A DNA stretch of 64,000 nucleotides from contig CAXYDN010000007.1 of the NCBI GenBank assembly GCA_964276145.1, positions 1,464 through 65,463 on the forward strand, written 5' to 3'. This document shows, piece after piece, positions 1-10,793 of this stretch. The stretch's first letter is position 1. Each line of letters starts with the position of its first letter. The notes beneath the pieces were generated by a model, which saw only the letters and a program-made list of their open reading frames with translations, was not told where the DNA came from and did not search any database. The stretch is from an uncultured SAR86 cluster bacterium. Lineage in GTDB: Bacteria; Pseudomonadota; Gammaproteobacteria; Magnimaribacterales; D2472. The translations under genes and the position numbers were made by a program.

Positions 1-2
1 AT

Positions 3-248
3 TTTAACTTTGCTGATAGATTAGCAACTAATCATTCTGGCGCTAAAAAAAGCTTAAGATTAAGCACCGAACAACATTTTTCTGTATCGATAAATAGTAT
101 TAATGGTTTATTAGAAGCTCGAGGTCCATTAGTTAATAAAATAAAAAAAATGCAACATTTTACAGGTGATTTACACAGCTATGATGTCATGCTTTTTTGG
201 GGTTGTTTGAGAAATAATATTAAGGATAGAATAGGTGCATATCTATAA
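3..248 (+). CDS. 3' part of a DUF3089-like alpha/beta-hydrolase-fold protein (5'-truncated by window edge)
   Basis: Open frame from 3 to TAA at 246-248 reads ...FTGDLHSYDVMLFWGCLRNNIKDRIGAYL*, resembling the H-x-YD-x-x-LFW...R-I C-terminus of DUF3089 proteins; not in the ORF track because there is no start codon in the window. Confidence 0.55.
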   Translation, partial: FNFADRLATNHSGAKKSLRLSTEQHFSVSINSINGLLEARGPLVNKIKKMQHFTGDLHSYDVMLFWGCLRNNIKDRIGAYL

Positions 249-1209
249 AATTCTTTTTTTTATTATGTCTTTATCTCCTGCAATACATTCGTTCGAAGAA
301 GGCTCTGTATTCAACGAAGATGTAAAAATTATATATAGAGATTATGGTCCCAAAGACGCTGAACCAATTCTTTTGGTGCAAGGTCTTGGTGGTCAACTTA
401 TCAATTGGCCCGATCATCTTATAGATTTTTTAATTTCAAATAATTTTAGGCCTATAGTTTTTGATAATCGTGATACAGGCTTATCATCAAGGCTGACAGA
501 TGATCGTTTTGCAGAGGGTAATAGATCTAAAACTATAAATTCTACATACTTAAAATACTACTTTAGGTTGCCAATTAATCCGCCTTATACATTAGATGAC
601 ATGGCAAGTGACGCTATCTTAATACTAGATAAATTAGATATTGATAAAACTCATCTATTAGGCATGTCTATGGGTGGAATGATTGCACAAATAATTGCTG
701 CAAATCACCCAGAGCGTATCAATTCATTTACATTAATTGCATCATCAATTTCCGCCCCCAGTCCGTTAAATGGTCCTACAAGAGACGTTCGAAGGCTTTT
801 AATGAAAAGATCTGCAAACCCTTATTCAACAAATGATGAACGTATTGAGAGAAGTAAAAAAATATTTAGTTTAATTGGTTTGGAAGGTTATGACCTTGAT
901 ACAGAAGAATTTTATAACAAATCAATCGAATCAATTGAAAGAGCTGGTCCTGATGATACAGGTTTCAGTCGTCAAATCATGGCAATTTTAGGATCAAAAA
1001 ATAGAATAAAAAAAGTTAAGTCAATAAAGGCTAACACTCTTATTATTCACGGAAAGGAAGATCCTCTAATCAAAGTCAAAAATGCATATAAAACTAATAA
1101 GCTTATTAAGAATAGCTCTTTAATAATTTTGCCCAACATGAGACATTTAATTGAACCACCTGTATTTGATTTATTTAAAGATGATTTACTAGCTCACCTT
1201 AATAAATAA
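235..1209 (+). CDS. Alpha/beta hydrolase (esterase/lipase-like), probable signal peptide
   Basis: GMSMGG nucleophile elbow, FDNRDTGLS, HGKEDPL acid, C-terminal His; hydrophobic N-terminus. Confidence 0.85.
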   Translation: MHIYKILFFIMSLSPAIHSFEEGSVFNEDVKIIYRDYGPKDAEPILLVQGLGGQLINWPDHLIDFLISNNFRPIVFDNRDTGLSSRLTDDRFAEGNRSKTINSTYLKYYFRLPINPPYTLDDMASDAILILDKLDIDKTHLLGMSMGGMIAQIIAANHPERINSFTLIASSISAPSPLNGPTRDVRRLLMKRSANPYSTNDERIERSKKIFSLIGLEGYDLDTEEFYNKSIESIERAGPDDTGFSRQIMAILGSKNRIKKVKSIKANTLIIHGKEDPLIKVKNAYKTNKLIKNSSLIILPNMRHLIEPPVFDLFKDDLLAHLNK

Positions 1210-2609
1210 TGCTGTCAACTAGATTTAAATTTAATTATTCATCAGGTGCCATAGCCAATGGCATTAAGACGGATATGTTCACATTTTTTTTACTATTTTT
1301 TTATTCAAGAGTTATTGGACTTGACCCACTTTTAGCATCTTTAGCTATTGGCCTCGCATTAATTGTTGATTCATTTACAGATCCAATAATGGGCACCATT
1401 TCCGATAGAACGAATAGCAAATTTGGTAGACGACATCCTTTTATGTTTGTTTCATTTTTACCCGTTGGTATTTTTTATATTTTATTATTTTCACCAACAC
1501 CTGAATGGGATATTTCTCAAAATCAATTATTTTGGTGGATGTTCATCTGTACTAGTTTTACAAGAATTGGTATGACTCTTTTTGATGTGCCACATAGATC
1601 ATTTGGAGCTGAAATTACAAAAGATTATATAGAACGTACTAAGCTTTTTTCTTGGCGTGAAATGTTTTCTTGGATTGCAGGTATTTGTAATGCATTTCTT
1701 GCATATAACATTTTTTTTAAATCTACTTCGGAATATCCATTTGGTCAATTAAATCCTGAAGCTTATTTTCCTCTGGCATTAACAGGGGCATTTTTTATGA
1801 TGTTGGGTATTTTATATTCAACTATAAGCACAAGAAATAATATTAATTTATTGTCATCATGGACCGGTGGCACTTCTCTGAGTCAAATCATATCAGAGCT
1901 AAAAATAGCTATCTCAAATAGATCATTTATTTTATTTTTCTTAGGTAATTTAACACTATCTATTTCATGGGGTCTGCTTAATAGTTTAACCCTATTTATA
2001 AATACAGACTTTTGGGGTTTGAGAGGAGACCAAATAGGAATCTTTTTATATTTATACTTTGCTGCAGCATTTCTTGCCTTTGCAATAACTCCCAAATTTG
2101 TATCAAAAATTGGTAAAAGAAATTTCGTACTATTCTGCGTATCAGGAGTTGCCTTAACATCTCCAATGGCATTTATTTTTTATAATTTAGGTCTCACTCC
2201 TGAAAAAGGTACCACAGAATTAGTTTTATTTTTATGCTTACCACTTATCTTTGTTTCTACATTAAGCATTGCAGGCAATATGGCAAGAGATGCAATGATT
2301 GGAGATATAGCAGATGAGGTTGATTTGCAAAGTGGTAAACGTCAGGAAGGGGTCCTATATTCAGCAGTTTCTTTTATACAAAAGGTTAATACTGCATTTG
2401 GAGCCTTAACTGGAGGCCTTACACTATGGGTTCTAAATATTTCTAAAGATACTCCCACATATGATCAGGCTTATGCATTATTTTTTGTTCAAGGCGTAAT
2501 TGGGCCGATTTTATTAGTAATCCCGCTCATATTCTTTTATTTCTATTCTTTAGATAAGAAAAGACATTCAGAAATATTAATGAAGATTGAAGAAAGGAAT
2601 AATTTTTAA
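1209..2609 (+). CDS. MFS transporter, GPH (glycoside-pentoside-hexuronide):cation symporter family
   Basis: DSFTDPIMGTISDRTNSKFGRRHPF motif, GKRQEG loop, ~12 hydrophobic helices. Confidence 0.85.
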   Translation: MLSTRFKFNYSSGAIANGIKTDMFTFFLLFFYSRVIGLDPLLASLAIGLALIVDSFTDPIMGTISDRTNSKFGRRHPFMFVSFLPVGIFYILLFSPTPEWDISQNQLFWWMFICTSFTRIGMTLFDVPHRSFGAEITKDYIERTKLFSWREMFSWIAGICNAFLAYNIFFKSTSEYPFGQLNPEAYFPLALTGAFFMMLGILYSTISTRNNINLLSSWTGGTSLSQIISELKIAISNRSFILFFLGNLTLSISWGLLNSLTLFINTDFWGLRGDQIGIFLYLYFAAAFLAFAITPKFVSKIGKRNFVLFCVSGVALTSPMAFIFYNLGLTPEKGTTELVLFLCLPLIFVSTLSIAGNMARDAMIGDIADEVDLQSGKRQEGVLYSAVSFIQKVNTAFGALTGGLTLWVLNISKDTPTYDQAYALFFVQGVIGPILLVIPLIFFYFYSLDKKRHSEILMKIEERNNF

Positions 2610-4027
2610 GAAAGTAATTTCTCAATTGAAGCAGAAATTCGTTTCCATAAATTCTTTTCAGCAGCAACTGGTTTCTTTGATAAATTATTTAAAAAATGTG
2701 CTATCAAGCCTTCCAATGTATCTAAATCATTAGAGGATTTATTAAACTTATTGGTAAGCATTTCTAGTTGGATACTTTGTCTCAAATCAGCATCTTTTTT
2801 TAAAGAATCAAGACCAGCTATAAGTTCTAATTTTACACATGCATATTGAAGATTATTCAAATCTGATTTTGTTGGAGAATCTGTATTGAGTTTATTTTTT
2901 ATTGAAGCGGGTATGTCAGACTTCTCTATATCATCACTTAAATAAGATTCTAAAATATTTATATATGAAGTAATTTTTAATATTTGCTGTTCTTTGGTTT
3001 TTTTCTGTTTAATGGAGATTATTTCTTTTTTTAATTGATCCAGTTCTTTTGATTTATTAATATTTTTTAAAGCCTGAATTTCGTCATTAGCTTCATTGGT
3101 AGATATTTGACCATCTTTTAGCTGAGCCAATAACTCATTCACTTTAGTTATTTCAGATTCAATAACCTCTTTTTTTGCTGTAAAGAATCTATCAGCTGAC
3201 TTATTAAATTTTTCCCACAACTTGTTATCAGTCTTTCTTCCGGCCGAACCAGCATTTTTCCATTCATTTTTAAGATCATTGAACTGCTTAATACTTATAT
3301 CGTTATCTTCGTTTGATATTGCGTTCACCTTTGCTATTAGGCTTTCTTTAGCATTAATAACAATTTGTTCTTGTTTTTTTATAGCATCATTAATTGGTTT
3401 CTTAGCTTCTATATAAGCTTTTCTTAATTTATTTAAATCTTTGTCTAATACAGGAGCAAATTCCTGCCATTTATCAAAAGTGCTTCTTAGATACTGAATA
3501 AGAAATTTAGCTTGAGGCCATTTAGTTGAATTATTGGAAACATATTCGTTGATTTCTGAAATGATTAATTCTCTTTCTTGAGCATTATTAATTTTTATTT
3601 CTTTAAGTTCATCAAAGTACTCTTTACATGGTTCCCAGGCTTTATTTGTTAATTCATTGAATAAATTCCATTGGTCTCTAGAAGCAGGTCTGCTTGATAA
3701 ATCTAATAATTGCCACTTAGTTTGAATATCATGAATAAGGTGAGCCTGTTTCTTTGGACTATCAAGTGGTGTATCAATCACTTTATTAATTTCACTTATT
3801 AACTCTTCTCTTTTAGGGTTAGTAGCAAAAGATGACATTTCATCAAAGTATCTTGATTGGCCAATAGCAAAATTTAATTTATGTCTTAATTTATTAGGTA
3901 TTTTTCCGATACCTTTAGTTTTAGACATGACATCACGCACTTTTTTTTGAGCGTTTTTAATTGAACCTTTACTAAATAAAGCCTCAGCTTCGTCTAATTG
4001 TTTAAATAAATCTTGACTAGTTTCCAC
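2606..4027 (-). CDS. DUF349-family helical repeat protein
   Basis: Repeated LxxEWKxxG...LWxxF motifs in an all-helical protein. Confidence 0.7.
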   Translation of the reverse strand: METSQDLFKQLDEAEALFSKGSIKNAQKKVRDVMSKTKGIGKIPNKLRHKLNFAIGQSRYFDEMSSFATNPKREELISEINKVIDTPLDSPKKQAHLIHDIQTKWQLLDLSSRPASRDQWNLFNELTNKAWEPCKEYFDELKEIKINNAQERELIISEINEYVSNNSTKWPQAKFLIQYLRSTFDKWQEFAPVLDKDLNKLRKAYIEAKKPINDAIKKQEQIVINAKESLIAKVNAISNEDNDISIKQFNDLKNEWKNAGSAGRKTDNKLWEKFNKSADRFFTAKKEVIESEITKVNELLAQLKDGQISTNEANDEIQALKNINKSKELDQLKKEIISIKQKKTKEQQILKITSYINILESYLSDDIEKSDIPASIKNKLNTDSPTKSDLNNLQYACVKLELIAGLDSLKKDADLRQSIQLEMLTNKFNKSSNDLDTLEGLIAHFLNNLSKKPVAAEKNLWKRISASIEKLLS

Positions 4028-4045
4028 AATAATCTCTTTTGATGT

Positions 4046-4057
4046 TTATAATTATAA
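4046..4057. promoter_or_regulatory. Palindromic bidirectional -10 element (TTATAATTATAA) between the divergent DUF349 gene and trpS
   Basis: Perfect 12-bp palindrome giving TATAAT on both strands within a 33-bp intergenic gap. Confidence 0.45.
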
Positions 4058-4060
4058 CAA

Positions 4061-5053
4061 ATGAAAAAGCGAATTCTAACAGGTATTACGACAACTGGTA
4101 CTCCTCATATAGGAAATTATTTAGGTGCTATCAAACCAGCTCTTGAACTTGCTAAAGAATATGATGAATCTTTTTATTTTTTAGCTGATTACCATGCAAT
4201 TATAAAAAATTCAAAAAGCACTGAAGTCACAGACTCAGTAAAAAATGTTGCTCTTGCATGGCTAGCATCTGGACTTAATCCAAACAAATCATTTTTTTAT
4301 AGACAGTCAGACGTACCTGAAATATTAGAGCTTAGTTGGGTATTAAATTGTGTTACAGCTAAAGGTCTTATGAATCGCTCTCATGCATACAAAGCAGCCA
4401 CAACCCTAAATAAAGACGATGAAGACAAGGGTATAACTATGGGTTTATTTTCTTACCCTATATTAATGGCAGCAGATATCCTAATGTTTAATGCAACTCA
4501 TGTTCCAGTAGGCGCTGATCAGATTCAGCATATAGAGATGACAAGAGATATTGCCGGAAGGTTTAATCATCTATATAAAAAAACTTTTATACTTCCTGAG
4601 GCTATAATTCAATCAACTAACGAGACAGTTCCTGGCATTGATGGTCAAAAAATGTCTAAGTCTTATGGAAATATTATTCCTTTACTATCTACTGAAAAAC
4701 AACTAAAAAAATCTATTGCTAAGATAGTTACTAATTCTCTGGAGCCTGGCGACCCAAAAGATCCATCAAATTGCACAGTCTTTGCTTTATATAAATATTT
4801 TGCTTCAAAACCAATGGTTGATGAACTTTGTGATGATTATAAAAAAGGTATTAGCTGGGGAGATGCTAAAAATAAATTATTTGAAGTTGTAAATAATGAA
4901 ATTACTCCCATAAGAGAATCATATGAAAAACTCCAAGAAGATAAAGATTTTATAAATGATTTGCTCAGTGATGGTTCAAATAAAGTAAGGCCTATCGCTA
5001 AAGAACTTTTAGATTCTATTAGAAGTTCAGTAGGTATTAATAAAATATCTTAA
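4061..5053 (+). CDS. trpS: Tryptophan--tRNA ligase
   Basis: HIGN and KMSKS class I motifs, YPILMAADIL, VPVGADQ. Confidence 0.97.
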   Translation: MKKRILTGITTTGTPHIGNYLGAIKPALELAKEYDESFYFLADYHAIIKNSKSTEVTDSVKNVALAWLASGLNPNKSFFYRQSDVPEILELSWVLNCVTAKGLMNRSHAYKAATTLNKDDEDKGITMGLFSYPILMAADILMFNATHVPVGADQIQHIEMTRDIAGRFNHLYKKTFILPEAIIQSTNETVPGIDGQKMSKSYGNIIPLLSTEKQLKKSIAKIVTNSLEPGDPKDPSNCTVFALYKYFASKPMVDELCDDYKKGISWGDAKNKLFEVVNNEITPIRESYEKLQEDKDFINDLLSDGSNKVRPIAKELLDSIRSSVGINKIS

Positions 5054-6243
5054 TGAAATCGTCTGCCTCAACATGGCTTAAATTTGGTCTATTTACTGTT
5101 GGGTTAGGACAATCTTTTGTTTTTGTAATTGTTCCTCCTCTTGCAAGAGATCTTGGTTTGTCAGAAATACAAGCTTCGCTTGTATTTGCTTTCTCAGCTA
5201 TAGCTTGGGCACTTACTAGTGCAGCATGGGGAAGGGCTAGTGATAAATACGGAAGACGCAACATTGCAATACTTGGGCTTATAGGATACTCAGCCTCTCT
5301 ATTAGCCATGATAGTTCCATTATTCCTAGTTGAAAAAAATCTTTTAGATATCGTATTTTTATTTCCACTTCTTGTTTTTGGGAGAATGCTTAATGGTCTA
5401 ATTGGTTCAGCTACAAGACCTGCAACATTTGCATATATAGCTGATACATCTAGTAGGGAAAAAAGAACTGTTAAATTTGCTAGATTAGAGTCGAGTTTTT
5501 TAGTTGGAACAGTAGCAGGGCCGCTTATAGGAGGCTTTCTTATTCTAATAACAAAAGAGACTCCTTTTTATGTATTTAGTATATTAGCTTTAATAGCATC
5601 TATAGGTATTTATAAAAATGTTGATAACACTGCTAGAGATAAAAAAAGTGTTCTCCAATCAGAAAAAATATCATGGAAATCTAATACCGTTTGGCCTTTT
5701 TTGGTATTAGCCTCTATTTCCAGCTTATGTCTTGCATCATTAATTCAAACTATAGGTTTTTATTTGTTTGATGTATTCCCAAATATTGATGATTTACCAA
5801 TCTTAATAAGCATGACTTTTGCACTTTTATCCATATCAACAATTGTTAGCCAGTACCTTTTTACGGATGCATTTCCTCTATCTAATAATAAATTACTGTT
5901 ATGCGGTGTTTTATTACTATTATTTTCATATATAACAATGGCTTTATTCCCAAAGATTTCTATTTATTATTTATCCATAATAATAAATGGTATTGGTGGT
6001 GGTATGTTAAGACCAGCTATATCTTCATCATTATCTCTATCACAAACACCGGAGCATCAAGGAATTGCAGCAGGCTATCTGGGTTCTGTTTATCCCGTTG
6101 GCCATATATTAACTCCTGTTCTTGCAATGCCTATATATGCAATTAATCCATCATATCTATATTATTTTTCATCAATGCTATGTCTTATCTGTTTTATATT
6201 TATAATAAGTCATCCTATTTTTAGAAAAGAAATAAGAATATGA
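5053..6243 (+). CDS. MFS transporter (DHA1-like)
   Basis: WGRASDKYGRR motif A, GPLIGG motif C, ~12 TM helices. Confidence 0.85.
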   Translation: MKSSASTWLKFGLFTVGLGQSFVFVIVPPLARDLGLSEIQASLVFAFSAIAWALTSAAWGRASDKYGRRNIAILGLIGYSASLLAMIVPLFLVEKNLLDIVFLFPLLVFGRMLNGLIGSATRPATFAYIADTSSREKRTVKFARLESSFLVGTVAGPLIGGFLILITKETPFYVFSILALIASIGIYKNVDNTARDKKSVLQSEKISWKSNTVWPFLVLASISSLCLASLIQTIGFYLFDVFPNIDDLPILISMTFALLSISTIVSQYLFTDAFPLSNNKLLLCGVLLLLFSYITMALFPKISIYYLSIIINGIGGGMLRPAISSSLSLSQTPEHQGIAAGYLGSVYPVGHILTPVLAMPIYAINPSYLYYFSSMLCLICFIFIISHPIFRKEIRI

Positions 6244-7256
6244 AAAAAAGTTTACTAATAATTAATCTAGGCACACCTGATAGTCCATCTTATTTTGATG
6301 TTTTTAAATATTTAAGAGAGTTTCTATCTGATGAAAAAGTTTTAAATATTAATCCAATACTAAGATTTATTCTCGTTAACTTTATTATTTGTCCTTTCAG
6401 ATCTTTTAGTTCCTCTAAAATATATAAAAAAGTTTGGCATAAAGATTATGGTTCTCCGTTACTTCATAATACCAAGGAACTAACTAAGTTATTATCAGAA
6501 CAATTGGCTGACGTTGATGTTCAATTTGCAATGCGATATCAATCACCTTCTATTGCAACAACTATTGATCAAATGCTTGCCAAGAACCCAGATGAGATAG
6601 TCATTCTCCCTTTGTTCCCTCATTATGCTGCAGCTACGACAGGGTCAGTATTTAAAGAAGTATCGAAATGTTTAGCTGATAAATGGGTAGTACCAAAAAT
6701 TACATTTATAAATCAGTTCTATGACAATGATGTATTTATTAACGCCTGGATAACTAAGGCTAATAAATTTGATATTCACTCATATGATAAAGTAATTTTT
6801 AGCTATCATGGCGTTCCTAATAGTCATGTTGACAATGTATATCCCGATTCTTTATGTAAAGATAATAATTGTGAATTAGGGATAACAGATGCTAATAAAT
6901 TTTGTTATAAAGCAACTGTCTACGAAACAACTAAACTTATAGCTCAGAAGCTAAATTTAGATAGTTCTAAGTACATAGTGTCTTTTCAATCAAGACTCAC
7001 AAACAAATGGTTAGATCCCTTTACAGATGAGGTTTTAGAAAAACTACCTGCTCAAAATCATAAAAAAGTTTTAGTATTCTCACCAGCATTCACAGCAGAC
7101 TGTCTTGAGACTATTATTGAGATAGGTGATGAATACCAAGAGCTATTCATTGATGCAGGCGGAGAAGTGCTTGATTATGTCCCTTCTCTGAATTATTCAA
7201 ATGAATGGGTGGATGCAATTATAGATATTACAAAACTAGGTCATACAAATGTTTAA
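6240..7256 (+). CDS. hemH: Ferrochelatase
   Basis: NLGTP, YLREFLSD, LPLFPHY, FSYHG, SFQSR, FTADCLET.EI. Confidence 0.95.
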   Translation: MKKSLLIINLGTPDSPSYFDVFKYLREFLSDEKVLNINPILRFILVNFIICPFRSFSSSKIYKKVWHKDYGSPLLHNTKELTKLLSEQLADVDVQFAMRYQSPSIATTIDQMLAKNPDEIVILPLFPHYAAATTGSVFKEVSKCLADKWVVPKITFINQFYDNDVFINAWITKANKFDIHSYDKVIFSYHGVPNSHVDNVYPDSLCKDNNCELGITDANKFCYKATVYETTKLIAQKLNLDSSKYIVSFQSRLTNKWLDPFTDEVLEKLPAQNHKKVLVFSPAFTADCLETIIEIGDEYQELFIDAGGEVLDYVPSLNYSNEWVDAIIDITKLGHTNV

Positions 7257-8122
7257 AAAAGATTTATTAAAAGATAAAAATATATTAGTAACTGGTGGAG
7301 GAACAGGACTGGGTAAAGAGATGGCTACTCACTATGCTGAACATGGAGCAAATATATTTATTTGCGGAAGAAGAGAAAACGTCCTTAAGGAAACAGCTAA
7401 TGAGATTATGGATAAGCATGATGTATCAGTAGAGTACGAAACACTAGATATAAGAGCGCCACAAGATGTTGATAACTATATTGATAGAATCTTTCAAAAA
7501 TCACCTCTTGATGGTTTGGTTAATAATGCAGCAGGAAATTTTATATCACCAACAAAAGATTTATCGCCTAAAGGGTTTGATGCAATTGCAAACATTGTAT
7601 TTCATGGTACTTTCTATATGACTCATTCTGTTGGTAAAAGATGGATAGAAAATAATCAAAAAGGTTCAATAATATCTATCCTAACTACTTGGGTATGGAC
7701 AGGTTCTCCCTACGTGGTTCCATCAGCAATGTCTAAATCAGGCCTAAATGCAATGACACAGTCACTAGCTGCAGAATGGGGAAAATATGGAATTAAAGTG
7801 AATGCTATAGCTCCTGGACCTTTTCCAACTAAAGGGGCATGGGATCGTCTAAATCCTGGTGGAGACAATGATTCTGGTTATATGGGAGATATACCCTTAC
7901 AAAGGGTTGGTGAAATGTCTGAACTACAAAATCTAGCTACTTTTTTGATGGCAGATGGGTGTGACTATTTAACTGGTCAGACAATAGCTATTGATGGTGC
8001 ACAATATTTAACAGGCGGCGGGTACATTCTCTAAACTTGATAAACTAAGTGATGAAGATTGGGAACAGATGAGAGCTATGATAAGGTCATCTAATAATAA
8101 AGATAAAGCTAATAGAAGTTAG
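7249..8122 (+). CDS. SDR oxidoreductase, 2,4-dienoyl-CoA reductase-like; apparent +1 frameshift at ~8020-8022
   Basis: TGGGTGLG, NNAAGNF, AIAPGP. Removing one G from GGG restores GGGTFSKLDKLSDEDWEQMRAMIRSS...* ending at TAG 8120-8122, just before the next gene. Confidence 0.85.
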
Positions 8123-8132
8123 AGGGGTATAT

Positions 8133-9563
8133 ATGGAAAATTCAATGAATGATATGCAAAGAGTACTGGATGCTCAAAAAAAACATTTTATAGATGAAGG
8201 CTCGCCATCAATTGAGTTAAGGGTTGATAGATTAAATCGTTTAAAGTCATTAATAATTGATAATAGGTATGATTTTGTTGATGCGCTAAATGAAGATTAT
8301 GGAAATAGATCAAAAAATACATCAATAATGACAGATGCCTATAGCATTGTTCCAGATATCAATAATGCTATAAAAAATATAAAAAAATGGACTAAAACTG
8401 ATAAGAGATCATCTAACTTTCCTTTCGGACTATTTGGTGCAAAGTCATATGTAAGACACGAGCCCTTAGGTACAGTTGGTATGGTTTCTCCTTGGAATTT
8501 TCCTGTAAATTTATCATTTAAGCCCTTAGCTGCAATCTTTGCTGCAGGTAATCAAGTTATGCATAAACCAAGTGAGCTAACACCCTTAACAGCAGCTCTC
8601 ATTAAAGATTTGTGTGACAAATCATATGATGAAAATGAATTTGCAACTTTTTTAGGTGGACCAGAAGTTGGTGAGGCTTTTACTAAACTTCATTTTGATC
8701 ATCTTTTATATACAGGGTCAGGAAATATTGGTAAACATGTTATGCAGTCAGCATCACAAAATTTAGTTCCAGTGACTCTTGAGCTTGGAGGTAAGTCACC
8801 TGTAGTGATTGGTAATTCTGCTGATATGAAAGTTTCAGCTAAAAGAATTATGTTTGGTAAAACACTTAATGCTGGACAAATATGTTTAGCACCAGATTAT
8901 GTAATCGTTCATAAAGACAAGAAGGAAGAATTTATCAAAGAAGCCGAAAATGCTATTAAAGAATTTTATCCATCTATTAAGGATAATGATGACTATTCAT
9001 CCATCATTAATGAACGTCACTATAATAGAATTAATTCACTGGTTGATGATGCAAAAGAGAAGGGTGCACATATAAATCAAATTAATCCCTCTAGTGAAGA
9101 TTTCTCTCAACAGCAATTTTATAAAATACCACCAACTATCGTTACTAATGCTACTGATGATATGAAAATAATGAATGAAGAAATATTTGGACCTGTGTTG
9201 CCAGTAATTGAATACGATGAACTTGACGATGCTTTATCAACAATTAACTCTAAAGATAGACCTCTTGGTTTATATTATTTCGGCACTGATAAATCTGAGG
9301 AATCAAAAATAATGAATAATACGTCCTCAGGTGGTGTCACTATAAATAACGTTGTTGGACACATTCAGCAAAAAGATCTTCCTTTCGGTGGAGTTGGGCC
9401 TTCAGGTATGGGAAGGTATCAATCTTATGATGGTTTTAAGAACTTCTCTAATCCTAGAGCTTTTTATAAAGATGTTGGATTTAAATTTGATAAATTATTT
9501 GATGGAATTAGACCTCCATATACAAAAAGCATTGAAAATCTTTTAAAAAGTTTATTAAAGTAG
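8133..9563 (+). CDS. Coniferyl-aldehyde-dehydrogenase-like ALDH (ALDH3/CalB family)
   Basis: PWNFP, KPSELTP, LELGGKSP, catalytic GQICLAPDY, EEIFGP, PFGGVGPSGMGRY. Confidence 0.85.
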   Translation: MENSMNDMQRVLDAQKKHFIDEGSPSIELRVDRLNRLKSLIIDNRYDFVDALNEDYGNRSKNTSIMTDAYSIVPDINNAIKNIKKWTKTDKRSSNFPFGLFGAKSYVRHEPLGTVGMVSPWNFPVNLSFKPLAAIFAAGNQVMHKPSELTPLTAALIKDLCDKSYDENEFATFLGGPEVGEAFTKLHFDHLLYTGSGNIGKHVMQSASQNLVPVTLELGGKSPVVIGNSADMKVSAKRIMFGKTLNAGQICLAPDYVIVHKDKKEEFIKEAENAIKEFYPSIKDNDDYSSIINERHYNRINSLVDDAKEKGAHINQINPSSEDFSQQQFYKIPPTIVTNATDDMKIMNEEIFGPVLPVIEYDELDDALSTINSKDRPLGLYYFGTDKSEESKIMNNTSSGGVTINNVVGHIQQKDLPFGGVGPSGMGRYQSYDGFKNFSNPRAFYKDVGFKFDKLFDGIRPPYTKSIENLLKSLLK

Positions 9564-9569
9564 TTTTTT

Positions 9570-10793
9570 GTGTATAAGCTTCCTCTTAGATTAGCTTTTA
9601 AGTATTTTAAATCTAATAAAGGTGGAATATTTTCGTTTACATCATTTTTAGCTGTCACTGGTTTAACTATTGGCGTATCTAGTTTAATAATAGTTATGTC
9701 TGTAATGAATGGCTTTGAAAAAGAGTTACAAGACAGAATTTTAGGCGTTGTACCTCATGCAGTTATTTATTCAGATGAGCCAATAGCTAATTATGAGGAA
9801 CTAATTAGTGAATTGAAATTATCTGAAGGAATTGAAGAAGCAGTTCCATACATTTCATTTCAAGCCTTGATAACATCTAATTCAGTTAGCAAAGGAGTTT
9901 CTGTTAACGGCATAGATGTAAAGTCAGAGAATAAAATCTCTATTCTTCCTGATTATATGATTTATGGAAAACTCGATAGCTTAACTGATGATAATACAAT
10001 TGTTATAGGCTCGTGGCTTGCATCTTATCTTGGTATTTTTATTGGCGACACCATCACAATAACAACTTCTGATATAAAAACTTCTATAATTGGGTCTTAC
10101 CCAAGGTCTGTATCACTGAAAGTTGTTGGAATTTTTGAGCTTAGAGCCGAAATAGATCAATCTTTGGTTTTAATATCACATAAATTAGCTCAAAAATTTA
10201 AATCATTAAATAACGAAACTTTGTCTATTAGATTGAAAACATCTAATTTGTTTATTGCAGATAAGATAGCTTATTTTGCTATACCAGATAATACAGGTTT
10301 AATGTCCTCTTCCTGGAAAGAAACCCACGGAACACTATTTGAAGCAATCCAGTTTGAAAAATTATTAATAAGCTTGATGTTATTTTTGATAGTTGCAGTT
10401 GCATCTATACTGGTTTTATCCACTATTGTTATGACAGTTAAATCAAAAGAAAGAGAAGTTGGCATTCTCAAAACTATAGGAGCTAACAATTTACAACTAG
10501 TAATGATTTTTTTCTTTCAGGGATTAATGGTAAGTTTTATAGGACTTTTAATGGGTTTAATTTTAGGATTAATAATTACATTTAATATAAATAATTTTAT
10601 TACTTTCTTAGAAAATGTTATGAATCGAAATCTATTAGAAGCATATTTTATAAACTATTTTCCTTATTATGTTGACTATAAACAAATTGGTTTAATATGT
10701 TTTATATCACTTGTCATCAGTTTATTAGCATCATTATTACCAGCACTAAGAGTTATTAAGCTTAATCCAATAGAGATACTTAGACATGAATAA
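9570..10793 (+). CDS. lolC: Lipoprotein-releasing ABC transporter permease (single LolC/E-type subunit)
   Basis: VMSVMNGFEKELQDRILG, EVGILKTIGA, C-terminal PIEILRHE. Confidence 0.9.
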   Translation: MYKLPLRLAFKYFKSNKGGIFSFTSFLAVTGLTIGVSSLIIVMSVMNGFEKELQDRILGVVPHAVIYSDEPIANYEELISELKLSEGIEEAVPYISFQALITSNSVSKGVSVNGIDVKSENKISILPDYMIYGKLDSLTDDNTIVIGSWLASYLGIFIGDTITITTSDIKTSIIGSYPRSVSLKVVGIFELRAEIDQSLVLISHKLAQKFKSLNNETLSIRLKTSNLFIADKIAYFAIPDNTGLMSSSWKETHGTLFEAIQFEKLLISLMLFLIVAVASILVLSTIVMTVKSKEREVGILKTIGANNLQLVMIFFFQGLMVSFIGLLMGLILGLIITFNINNFITFLENVMNRNLLEAYFINYFPYYVDYKQIGLICFISLVISLLASLLPALRVIKLNPIEILRHE

